NCBI GenBank assembly: GCA_965644315.1
Contig: CBFFRQ010000018.1
Coordinates: forward strand, 62,001 to 126,000
Length of the DNA stretch: 64,000 nucleotides
From: Caecitellus pseudoparvulus
Lineage: Eukaryota; Protista; Bigyra: Bicosoecida
Reading direction: 5' to 3'
Positions within the stretch are counted from its first letter, which is position 1, and the number at the start of each line of letters is the position of its first letter. This document shows, piece after piece, positions 1 to 12,000 of the stretch. The position numbers and the translations under genes were made by a program. Under the pieces are notes generated by a model. That model was not told where the DNA came from. It saw only the letters and a program-made list of their open reading frames with translations, and made no database searches.

Positions 1-3000
1 CCGCTGAAGTACAGCAGCGCAGGTGATTTGGTGCTGTCAATCGAAAGCACCCTTCCTTCTGGTGCTGGAAGCTACACCGCAGCTGCTGGTGGCCCAGAGT
101 CATTCGCAGAGGGAAAAGAAGAACAACCGACGGAGCAACCTGAAGGGAAACAGGTGGATGGCCCTCCCGCCCAAAGTGCTTCAGCTTCCGTGCCTCCCTC
201 AGCCATCAATGACATCGAGCGTCAGTACACGAAATCAGCCATCGTAACGGGCGCTTCTCTCTCCCGGCTGTTCGAAAAGGCGGGCCACCCAGTGGAGCGG
301 CACGCTCTCGAGGAAGCCTTGCAGTCAACTGGTGCTGGGAAAACCAAGCGCCTGTCCATCGCGACGGTGATTGACGTGTACAAAGAAACACAACGACTGG
401 CCCCAACCCCAGGCTCTTCCCCAGCCAGGGATGGGTCGGCGCCATTTGGAAACAAAGCAGACTCTCATGCACGCGGGGGCGGTGGCGACTTGCGCGAGGG
501 CGACGCAGTGGAGGGCAACTTCCGTGGGCGGGGAAAGTGGTACCCAGGCCGCATCCACCGTGTGAACCCTGACGGCACATTCCACGTGAAGTATGCTGAC
601 GGGGATGAGGAGATGTTTGCGCCCAGTCACCGCGTGCGTGCGGCGGGTGGTGCGCAGGGCGGGACACCAGGGCCTGGTCATGGAGGGAGTGGTGGCGGGG
701 GCGGGGGCGACTTGCGCGAGGGCGACGCAGTGGAAGGCAACTTCCGTGGGCGGGGAAAGTGGTACCCAGGCCGCATCCACCGTGTGAACCCTGACGGCAC
801 ATTCCACGTGAAGTATGCTGACGGGGATGAGGAGATGTTTGCGCCCAGTCACCGCGTGCGTGCGGCGGGTGGTGCGCAGGGCGGGACACCAGGGCCTGGT
901 CATGGAGGGAGTGGTGGCGGGGGCGGGGGCGACTTGCGCGAGGGCGACGCAGTGGAAGGCAACTTCCGTGGGCGGGGAAAGTGGTACCCAGGCCGCATCC
1001 ACCGTGTGAACCCTGACGGCACATTCCACGTGAAGTATGCTGACGGGGATGAGGAGATGTTTGCGCCCAGTCACCGCGTGCGTGCGGCGGGTGGTGCGCA
1101 GGGCGGGACACCAGGGCCTGGTCATGGAGGGAGTGGTGGCGGGGGCGGGGGCGACTTGCGCGAGGGCGACGCAGTGGAAGGCAACTTCCGTGGGCGGGGA
1201 AAGTGGTACCCAGGCCGCATCCACCGTGTGAACCCTGACGGCACATTCCACGTGAAGTATGCTGACGGGGATGAGGAGATGTTTGCGCCCAGTCACCGCG
1301 TGCGTGCGGCGGGTGGTGCGCAGGGCGGGACACCAGGGCCTGGTCATGGAGGGAGTGGTGGCGGGGGCGGGGGCGACTTGCGCGAGGGCGACGCAGTGGA
1401 AGGCAAGGCGTCTGAGACTGAGAAGCCTGCCCGTTCTGATGGGGGTTTTACTGTGCAGTCGCAGGGTCCAGACATGGACGATGAATCATGGCGAAACGAG
1501 GGCTGGGTACATAGAATGGGTGCAACCCTGCTTTCTAAGGTAGAAGATGCTTTCTTTAGGTACTCCTCGAGCATATCTCGAGAAGTGGAAGCGCGGCGAA
1601 ACAGGAAAAGCCTTCCGCCACTTCCACATCGAGGTCGCGTGCTGGCGGTTCGACAGCTTCCTTCGGCACTTAAGGACACTGGGCGGCGTATCACCAGCTC
1701 AAGGCTGCTCGGATGGATGGACATGTTTGGCTTCGATACCAACGATGTCCTGTCTTTGTCTGAGTTTGCTCGTGCCTTTGACTTTTTGTTCGTTTCAGGG
1801 GAGGATGTCGGGAAAGCTGCTGACGCAGTCGAGCATGTTTGGCGTCCAGTTCCGAAGGCCGCCGATACCCAGCATACTAGCACAATCGCCCCAAAGATGC
1901 ATGCAGATGTAGCTGCCCTGAGCGTGTCTGCTGCAGCTGCACGTGTGCTGGTCTCGTATGGGCCAGCGTCAAGTCACGGGGAATCAGATGAAGTTGTGTC
2001 TGACATGCTTCGCGCTGTTGCAGCAGGACGCAGCGCAGCAGAAAGCAGGGCACTGGAAACAGCGTTTGACTTCTTCAAGCGAGCTGACGCGCCTGGGGCC
2101 GCACCTTTGTCCATTCCAGTGGCTGAAATCCCAAGCTTGTTGTCTAGTCTCAAGCGAAGGAAGGGGCTGGCAAGGGATGTGGCTGCTCAAGCAGACCTGG
2201 TTGATAGGCTGGAAGCAAGGGGAGTGAGTACTGCGCATGTGAACTTCTGGGAGTGGCTGACGGTGTTTGGATATGTCATTGAAGAAGCAGGCGCCGTAGT
2301 GTCCCGCACGGTGGAGGCTGCTGTTCAGCAGCTTCGCTTCTCTGCCTCAACTCAGGAGATGCGGACGTGCATGCAGACGGTGCTGCAGTACTTGAATGAT
2401 GCCTTGGATCACCCACATTCCAGCTCTTGGTGGAAGATCAACACGAATGACGCTGTGTTCAACAGTGATGTCGCGAGATTGGGAGGCGGCTACTTGCTTG
2501 TCAAGGCATGCGGATTTACCGAGCAGTATGTGGAAGGAAGCACGTGGCTCTTGCTCCGGGCTGGCTTTGACATCTCCGGGATCCCTAAGCCAAGCTTGAG
2601 CCTGCAGGACCGGAGGCTTCTTGCAGCACGGCGGCGGGAATTGGAAGGTGCCATTGCAGAGCTCGATGACGGGATGCCGACTCCGGCTGGGGTCTTGCGC
2701 TCGATGGTGCATTGTGGTGGGCTTGATGCTGCGCTGGCAGGGGGGTCATTACTTCTCCAGTATGTGGACAATGTCTTGAGCAGTCCTGGCAAGGACAAAT
2801 TTTGGACCATCAGTGGTGAGAACGTCGTGCTGCAGCGCCGTCTCTTGCGCTTGGGCCGCGGAGTTGCCGTGGCCGGGCTGAAGTCTGCAGGTTTCGCGCC
2901 TTGCATCTCGCAAGAAGCTGGCTCCACTGCCTCACCAGTTTTCACTTTGATCGGGAATCCCCAAGATGAAGCTGCAAGTGGCTTCAAGTTCCCGGTCATT

Positions 3001-6000
3001 CCCGAAGACGTGCTTCAGAGACTGTGGCACCGCCGGGGGGTGTTCAAGCAAGAGCTCGCTTGTCTGGCGCGACTTCAGCGCGATGGCCAAGACTCCATGG
3101 GCCCTGGGTTTGGAAGCTACAGCCCAGAAGCGCTGAGCATGGACCCAGGCGTTGTCAAGACGCAAGGTCGGCCCAACTTTGCCGCTGATGCGGGCAAAGC
3201 TGCTCCAATGGGCCACAACAAGCAGTCTGGAACCAGCTTGCCGAAGAGAGGGGCCCAAGCCAGTGAGCGTAAGGGACACAGGCAAGACCTTGCCGCTTCT
3301 GTTGCTGTCGGGCTGGCTGCTGCCGCTGATGCGATGTCCGGATCCGCGCTGCACGGCCGCCCCGCAACGCAGCACGCGCTGCCCGCTGAGCGATTGGATG
3401 TCACTGCCCTGCCTGTCCAGCGGGACCAAGTCCGGGCTGCGCGAGAGGTATTTCGATCACTCTGCCCACCAGGTTCTACGTTAGTATCTGCGGCAGACCT
3501 GCGCAAACATGCTGCATTGCAGGGCGACGCAGCTGGTGAGAAGAGCGCCGGCGAGCTGATCGCAGCTCTGGATGCAGACCAGGACGGAAAGGTTTCTCTG
3601 TTTGACTTCGTCAAGTCAACCTCTGTAGCTTTGCTCGTGCCTGGGGTGGGGTCTGGAGAGCTTGACAGTGCTGCTGCGGCTGACTTCCTGACTTTGCTTC
3701 CTGGCCCGGGCGTGCTCAGCGCTGTGGGGACGTTGCGTCTGATGGCATCGCCAGCAGAATGTGTGCAAGTGCTGCTTGGAGCCCAAAGTGTCGTGCAGCA
3801 GCTGATAGCTGCTGCCTCTTCCAGTGCAGACTGGAGCTTTCACGCCCGAGTGCCAGGACCCGATGAGCGAGCCCCGCCACGGTGGACTTCGCAGGCGACT
3901 CCATTGCCAGCTGCTCTGCTTCGAACACCCTGGGCATCGCTGATTATGCGTACCATTGGGCTCGTTCCAATTATCCCACCTGGCACAGGCCGCGTGGCTA
4001 CCTGGCAGGCTGCAGCGCGATCTCAGGGGGGGCACATCCTCCTGAGGTTCATGGGCGATGCATCTGAGCGCTGGAAGCAGATCCCGTCGGCTCTCTTGTC
4101 CAAGCTGCAGCAGCTGCTCGTGAGCTTGAAAAAACACCGAGTTATTCTGCAGTTGGGCTCCCTGCCTCATGTTGCAGCAGTCACTGCTGCTGTAAGAACA
4201 CTGGCCATGTCAGCTGAGGAGCTTGATAGCCTAAACCACGACTCCAAGCCAGTGCTCCCAGATGGGTCGATCCCGAGTGTGGAAGGATCCAGTCAAGACA
4301 CCATGCTGAGTATGTACACGGCCTTGAAGACACTGTCAGCATACTTGTCGAACGTGACTCGACGGCCTGATGAGCCCCTGTACCGCCGGGTGAACCCCCG
4401 CAACACAGCCTTCCAGCAGCGCATGAAAGACATCCCCATGCCAGGTGCATGGGTGTGCCCACCGGTGCCAGGTTCAGTGCGTGTCCTTGGTGAGCACTTG
4501 CTTGTCGCGGCTGGCTGGGTCGACTGCGCTGATGGCACTCTCGTGCTGCCGGCGAGCGTAGATTTGGGGACACTGAGCGCCCGCTGTCTTGAGCTGCAAG
4601 CAACGCTGAGAGCGTTGAAGCCCCTTGTAAAGCAAGCCAGGTCAAAGTCTGACAGCCAAGCCAGTCAAGGTGGCGAACTGACGCTTTCACGTGACCCTGT
4701 GCGAAGCAACCGTGGGGAACAGCACTCAGGTTTCCATTCTGCTCCGCCAACATCCTCTGATGTAACCCTGCGTGAGGAAGCGAGAAGCACAGCAGCAGAG
4801 GAGCAAGTGTCCGATTTGTCAGCTGCACAGCACAAACGAGGTGCTCTTGTGGCACGGGCTCAGTCTGACAGAATTCGGAGTCTGGAGGCAGAAGTGGCTT
4901 CACTCCAGGAACAGCTACACGCCAGAGTGCCCGACAAGGCTGCTGCCGTGCTCCGCAGTATGCGTGCAAGTGATCGAGCCCAAGTCCTTAAGCTGCTCAA
5001 GGCCGCCGGAATGGGTCGGATGCCCGAGCCTGACAGCCTTAGCCTTGCCGGCGTTGATTCCTTGCTTCAGCAGGCGCCAAAAGCCGGCTTGTACGATGGC
5101 GCCACACCTGCCTCGGCAGCGACTCTTTCAACTTCTTCCCTGCACCGAGATGCTAGCAAGGGCACCACAGCCTTGAGCACGACGCTGGACACGCGTCAGA
5201 GGGCTGGAAGCTCGACACGTGCAACCCGCCCCTCCGCCAGCTCAAGGAGTGCTGCCCCGCTTTCACAGCCCACATTCCTGACGACCCATGCGCCAGCAGG
5301 GGACGTGCAGGTTGCACTGCAGTCTTTGGCCTTGTCTGTGCTGCGACGCAGTGCAAAGCTCTCCAAATCACGAGCGAAGCGCAGAGGCAGAGGTCGAAAG
5401 GCAGCGCTACAACCTCGCAGGATCCGAGGCACACCCAGCGCTGAGCCTCCCACAACAGACCTTGTCTCAGCAAAGTCATCTTCGGGATCTGCTGCTGCCT
5501 TGCTCGAGGTTGCTGGGGACGGAGAGACACTCCCAGTGCAGCTCGGGGAGAGGGTTCGGATTGGAGCTGAAGGGCAAGAGGAAGAGGCATTTGTGACTGG
5601 AGTGGACCAGCAGTCTCAGATTGTGCAGCTTGACCGCCCTCTTACCTTTGACCACCCAATGGGCACACCGCTGGTGCTGATCGCCACTCCTGCCGCACAA
5701 AAGCAAGATTTCTTGAGAAAAGATCTAAAAGGTATGGTGGCTGCGGTGCTTGACCACGCCATTGGCGTGGCTGTGCAGCGTGGTGAGGCCAGCCGCACGT
5801 CCGCAAGCCTTACAAACTCCTTCCAAACGCGGTTGATCCCTAAAGTGGGGCTCTTTCCCACTGAGCTCACGAGGACCACAGCTGGTGCAGGTGCCAAGCT
5901 ATTTCTTGGACGTGGGGGTCCATCGTGGGCGATGGAGGACGCCTCTTGGGGCACTGCTGCTTGTTCATGGGACAGCCCAGTGGAGATGGCAGCAGGCGCA

Positions 6001-9000
6001 TTTTTTGATGCCCTCGACTTCCATGCAACGGACAGCCTTTCTCTTCAGCGTCTTGCTTCAGCTCTATCCGGTGGCCATGTCCCCCATGTTGCAGGCGTCC
6101 CGCCCTTCTTTCAACCTGCGAGCATTCTGCATCTGCTGCGGTCAAGTGTTGGTTCGGGCGGCAGCTCCTTGGCTTGTGAAGCAGGCTCTCTCGAAACCAG
6201 CGCTCTGAACCAGACGCCCGATCAAGTCTCCTCTGCACTCATTGCGTCGTGGCGCTCGATGAACACGCAGCACTCGTGCCTTTCGCACAGCGAGCATGCC
6301 CTGCGCGCTTGGGCGGTGGAGCACTCGAGCCTGGACCGCAACCAGTTCGTCGGTCTGTATTCCCGCGTACGAAGCTTGGCTTCGGGCACCCAAGCGGCGC
6401 AGCTGACACCGCTGCCTTGCTCGGGAGAGTCAGTCCGCACACTGCAGCGCGTGCTGCATGACGAGACTCGCCTGGCGCGCGAGCTGTGCGGATGTGCTCT
6501 TGACGACACCATGCTGGGACAGCTTGCATCTGGCTTCGCTGCAGTGTGCGCCAATGTAAACTACGGTGTGGTTGTCGATTCCAGCTGGAAAAGAGTGGGG
6601 CCCCAGATGTCTCTGCCACTCAAGGCGGTTGCAGCTGTCATTTGGGAGTGCGATGGGGTCCAAGTTCCAGCCACAGCGCTTGAGCAAGGCGCCGCAGCAG
6701 CCATTGGGGAGATCGCTTGCGCACCCAGTACTCTGCTCGACACAGATGATGGTCTACACGCCTCTCCAGTACAGGGAATAACTTTCTCTGCGTTCGTTCA
6801 GCTTCGGCAAGAGCTCATCGATGTTAGCACAGCTGCGGTGGAGGCCCACTGTGCAGAGCCCTGGCAAGCGGGCTTTGCTCAAGGCAGTGATGCTGCTTGG
6901 CCGAAGTACGCGCCTAGGCGAGCTGCCTTACGTGAGAGACTGCGCAAAGCATTCAACGCGTGTGCCCGCCAAGGAGTTCGAGCAATGACTTCGTCAGAGT
7001 TGATCAGTATGCTCAGTCGCTCGCATGAGGGAGCGTCCATGCTGGACAGCTGTACCATTCCAGGCTGCTCTGAATCCCTGCGCACCTCTCTTGAGAGATT
7101 CAGCTCGCGCCTCACTTGGGGCGCCCTCGCTTGCTTCATTCGACATCCTGCCTTCTCACAGTCTAGCATTCAGTGCTCGCCACCGCGCCTTTCAGCCCCT
7201 TCCCTGCCTGGAACTCCCACCCACACTGCAGTGTGTTCCGAGGCAGGATTGAAGGCTTGCATGACGGAGCAAGGCGAGCTTGTCATCTCCAGACTGGACA
7301 CTCCCGAACACGTGCACGTCAATCTGCAAGGATTCCTGCCCAACCCCGTCCAGCCAGGTGCTGTCTGCATTGTCTGGTCCTACCCCCAGGCAGCCACAGG
7401 CACCCCACAGCTTTGGGTAATCGTGAGTGGTGTAAACTGCATCCAAGTGGACCCAGGCTCAGGGTCAGTCGCTGGCATTACCAAACTCAACGGTGTGCCT
7501 GAGCACGCTGCCAGTAACAGCTCACAAATCATGCACAGGGGCCAGCCGTTAGCAAGTATGTGTGTCTGGTTTGAGCACTTTCTTCTTATTTCGTGGGTGC
7601 CAACGACAGGCGCGCTGCGCGTGCACTGCTTGCTCTCAGGAAACCTGGTTGGCATCGCTGAATGCCAACCAAAGGCGCGAGCAGGGCCACTGTGCATCTT
7701 GACACACTTGGAGTGCTTGGTCGTGGGGCATATCGGGCGTTTGGACTTCTGGGATTTGAGGCCAGCTTTGAAGGCAGCCGCAGATGCCCGTACCGCTCTC
7801 CAACGTGGCGATGCACCAAGCGCCCCAGCCACAGTGACTTGCCTTACTTCTGCCGAGAGTCCGCAGTGGAGGGCTGTGGCACACCCACCTGAAGTTGTGG
7901 CCTTGAGTTTCAGCGAGCCAGCTTGCTGCCTTGCTGTCTTAGATGCAGCGGGGGAGCTCCACACCTGGGATGTGTATGCTCCCCTGCATCGTATGGCTTC
8001 GCCTGCCAGCGCTTTGCACCTCACAAGGCACGATTCCCTGCGTGACACGAGTGAAGACTCATGTGATTGGTTGGGCACCGATGCCCCCCTTTCCGAACCT
8101 GAGGCAGTGGAGATGCAGCAAGCCGTCCCCCTTCGGTACTGTGGGGTTGTTAACACGGGCGGCTGCGTCGCAGGACTGAGCGGCATTCTCATTCCGAGCT
8201 CAGGCGGCAGCTCAGGTTTCCAACCACAAGACTGGATGGCCAAGTTGCAACGAATCACTGCGAAAGCTCAGTCTGCACCCCGTGGCTCCCTCCACGAGGG
8301 TGCAATCTACATTTTTTCTGATGGCACTGTGCGTGCCATTGACGCTCCGCATCTGTGCCCAGAATTGATCACGCTCCACTGTCCAGCTGCTCTTTTCCAG
8401 AGCCAAGTGAGCACTCGTCACGTGAGCGAATCAGGCGCTCGGTTGCAGGCCTCGTTCGCCGCATTGCTCAAAGTGCACCGCCAGCGGGCACTGATTCAGC
8501 GCGTGGTGCTTGTGGCAGCATCGTCAGTGCCTCTTTCGATGCTGGCAGACTCTCTCCTCATGCCGACAGTCGGCACTGATGCTGGTGGGTGGAGAGGTGA
8601 GGTGCCGACCTGCCTGGCTTCCGAATCGGACCTCAAAGCTGCCCTGTTGCGTGTCCACCTTGCGTGCAGCGCCCCAGCTCCAGTCCCAGAAGAGGACGTG
8701 GGTGAACGGCAACTGCATGAGATTGCAGAGCAGAAGACGTACGGTGAGGCAACAGCCGGGCCGTACGTGGAAGTTGTGTACACACCCGGTGACGGCCCGG
8801 AGGAGTGTATGAGGCCTGCCCAGAGAAACAGGGATGCAGTTGGCGGCAAGTGCATTGGGTATCTCAAGCAAGTGGTTGATTCCACGGCGTACGTTTCCCT
8901 CGCGCACGTTGCAGAAGAACTGCATATTGCTGTGGATGAGGTGTCTGTGCTAGGCATGCACTCGGTGTCACGAGCCGCCCGGGCTGGGGACTGGGTCCTG

Positions 9001-12000
9001 CTGGATGCCCCAGACGAACTCTTGGATCAGTACCCTGTCTTGCGGCACTGCGACCCCAGGACAGCTGGTTTACCTGCCCCACGTTGTGACAGCAAGACAA
9101 GCGCGCTGCTGGGCGTCACGTTAGATGATGGTCAGTGCCTGCTTCTCGCCTTGAATCGCATGGCGATCTCGCGAAGCGTGGTCTCTCTGACCCAGCAGCT
9201 CTCAGAGTCTGAAGTTGGTGCCGCGGTTAGTGCTGCAGCCACTCTCAGCGCGCAAGACCTGCTCTTGTGCTTCCACGAATCGTCTTCGCTGAGCTGGAAC
9301 CTGTCTCAGATTCGCGGGCTTGCCAGCCTTGCTGCCTTGGAGTGTTCTTCGCTTGCTTCACGGTGGCGGCATGCGCCCGATGGTGAATTGAGCGTGGCTT
9401 CAGCTCTTCAGCTGCAGCGGGACTTCTCCGCAGCGCTGCAGCTCACTGTGGCCTGTGCGTCAGCTCCTCGCTGGGTGCAAGAGGGACTCTTGCCCCACGC
9501 CATGTACACTGCCCTGCAACTTGCGTTCAAGCCAGGTACAAACGTGGCGAGGCTCTTGGCGACTTTGACGAGTGTGGTTGCTGCATTTCCTCCCCTCCAG
9601 GCTGCCTGCGCACCCTTTGTTGGACTGCAGTCAAATCCCTCAAAGTCCGGCGCCCCGCTGCGTGATAGTTTGACCCATACCTCCATGGAAGCATGCCGCC
9701 TTTCCTTCTGTCATGACGAAGTGGAGAGCGCGGAAGATGCCGAAGTGTATGCTGCACTGTGGGGACGGCTGCGAAGTGCTATCCTGCGCTGCGCGTCGGC
9801 CCCGCAGCAAAGCCCTGCGGCGGACATCAGTGCACCTGTTCATGTGCGCTGGCAAGTTTTGAAGCAAGCTGCAGCGGAATGTGTCCTTCCACCAGCGTTG
9901 AGTGGTGGGCATGGCCCCTCAATTTGTTGGGATGCAGTCGCTGCCTTGCAGAAGTACCTGCCATCCGCCGTCCCCCACCCACAGTGGCAGCATCTCGCAT
10001 CGAGCTCTACAAATGCCATGCAGACAAGCCGTGCACTGGCACTGGGGCCGTTCTCTGCCACCGTGCCCGCAGGCGGCGATTGGCCAGCTGCCTCTGCCTC
10101 CCAACTTCTGCCCCTTGAGCACCAACTTGAGGTGGTGTCTGCCCTGCAGCCAGTTGAGCTGGCAGAGGCCGCGCTACTTCGAACACACTCCTTGACGCTC
10201 ACGGCCGCGGAATGGCTGGCAGCCCCGGGGGGACTTGCAGCAGTATTGGTGGGACAGGAGTGCGTCCAAGAAGCCCCTGACGGCGCACAAGGGCAGCCCT
10301 CGGTCGGGCCTGAACATTCGACGCCTGCTCACAGTCTTCTCGTACAGCACTTTGCAATTCCGGCCGCCGACTTGCTAAACTGTTTGGCTTGCCCCCAACA
10401 TCAACGTCTACAAGTGGTGCCTGCTGGAGATAGCCTCAGTCGTCTACTGACTTGCCTTTCCATCGCAGAGGTGGTTCTCTGCGATGCTCCCGCTGATGCG
10501 GCTGCAAGCAGAGCTGCGAGAAGTGGCAGCGTGCGTTCTGGAAACGAAGGCCTGTCACTGCGGCAGTTTGAGCGATTGTGGCTGCACCTGGCTGATGATG
10601 CACGCGCTGAGGGGCGGGACTTCTTCCTCTCGGTGAAGAGCTTAGATGTACTGGCTTGTCTCGTTCTCTTGCACTCTGCGAGCGCAGGTGCGCCCCCGCT
10701 CTCTGCACACCAAGAAGAGAAGCTTCATGAAGAGAAACTCGCAGATCTGGCCTGCCAGGTCTTCGCATCGTTGCTTCGTCGGCTCGCGAGTGACCCATTC
10801 GTGGAAGGGCAGCCTGCAGCCTTTCGGCTCAGCTGCTCCGCTGCCGTGCTCAGCGCTGCCGGTGCCCTCGCCACAGGCAAGGCGTTCGGACTTGACCAAC
10901 ATGTCCAAGCTGCTGAAGATGGGGACGATTTGCAGCAAGAGCGGTGTGTGACTCCCGCGACGTTGGCATCGGGCGCTGCCCTGCTTCGATTTTTGGTCGG
11001 GCGAGATGGCATGGGTGGCATGGCTGCCCCCAATGTGTCTTACCTGCTGCAGCATCCGGGTGTTTTCACTGTAGGGGCACACCCCCACGAGGTGCAAGAT
11101 AGGGCGGCAGGGACTCCACCTGTTGCTTCCTTCTATTTTGGCTTCTTGCCGGCGAGGGGTCGCACCGTTGACGATAGCCCACCACCAGACCGTGCAGGTA
11201 CAGAAGCCATTGCTGGGCTGCTTGCGGCGGCACAATCAGTGCACTCAGGAGAGGCACCAGCACAGGCACTGGCTGCTTGGTTTCCTGGGGCAGCTCCGAG
11301 CAGTAGTTCGGTGCTGCGCAGCTCTGTGTGGCTCGCCGAGGCTGCAGACGTGGCGGAGGGTCTTCGCCAACTAATGCTGGGCGTCCACCTCAACCAGATC
11401 CATGCACAGCGGACGGGGGCAGCAAAGGCACGGCAGACCATCCGAGCAGCTCTCTCAGCCTGGCTTCCGAGCACGACTGCAAAGTCACGTGGCTCACCGT
11501 CCCTCTCACTGGACAAACTTGCGCTCGTGGAGGACTTTGCCCTGGTGGACTCGCTTGTGCCCCTTCTTGCGAGCCCTGACCAGCATGTGCGTGCAGCTGT
11601 CCTCTTGACAGCCAAAGACATAGCCCAAGCCTCTGAGCGTGCCCATCACACGGAGAAGTCCGGTGCCTCTTTGCCCGTCGGGGCAGTGCCGCCTTCGGCG
11701 GTGCGGCGGCTACTCAGGCCTTTCTTGACCCCACAAGCGGTGCATGGTGTGACCCAACGTGTGAAGCTGAGCATGCCGGGCACTGCAGCTAGACACCTCG
11801 GCGACGATGGCGCCGCTGTTCAGGCGGCCATCGCCTGCTTGTGTGGCATCGCTCGGAGCGGCATGGCGGACGCCGCCACATGGCTCGCCTGTGATGTGCC
11901 CAGCACCCTCGAGCTGGCGGCACACAAAGGAGACCCTTCCTGGCGACGAGACGCCGAGCAACTGCACGAAGACTTGCAGTCGGGTGCCTTGATTCCTGCT

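Noticed and set aside
206-1347. Repetitive antisense ORFs (375 and 340 aa) over the Tudor array
   Set aside because: They are shadows of the stop-poor 222-bp repeat; the plus frame encodes the recognisable domain.
487-1406. CRISPR-like or mobile-element interpretation of the tandem arrays (also 30663-31139)
   Set aside because: There are no unique spacers, cas genes, terminal repeats or transposase; unit lengths are multiples of 3 inside eukaryotic CDSs.
10200-11070. Possible degenerate protein-kinase C-lobe in the giant protein (APNVSYLLQHP)
   Set aside because: No VAIK, HRD or DFG equivalents were found; the resemblance is too slight to support.
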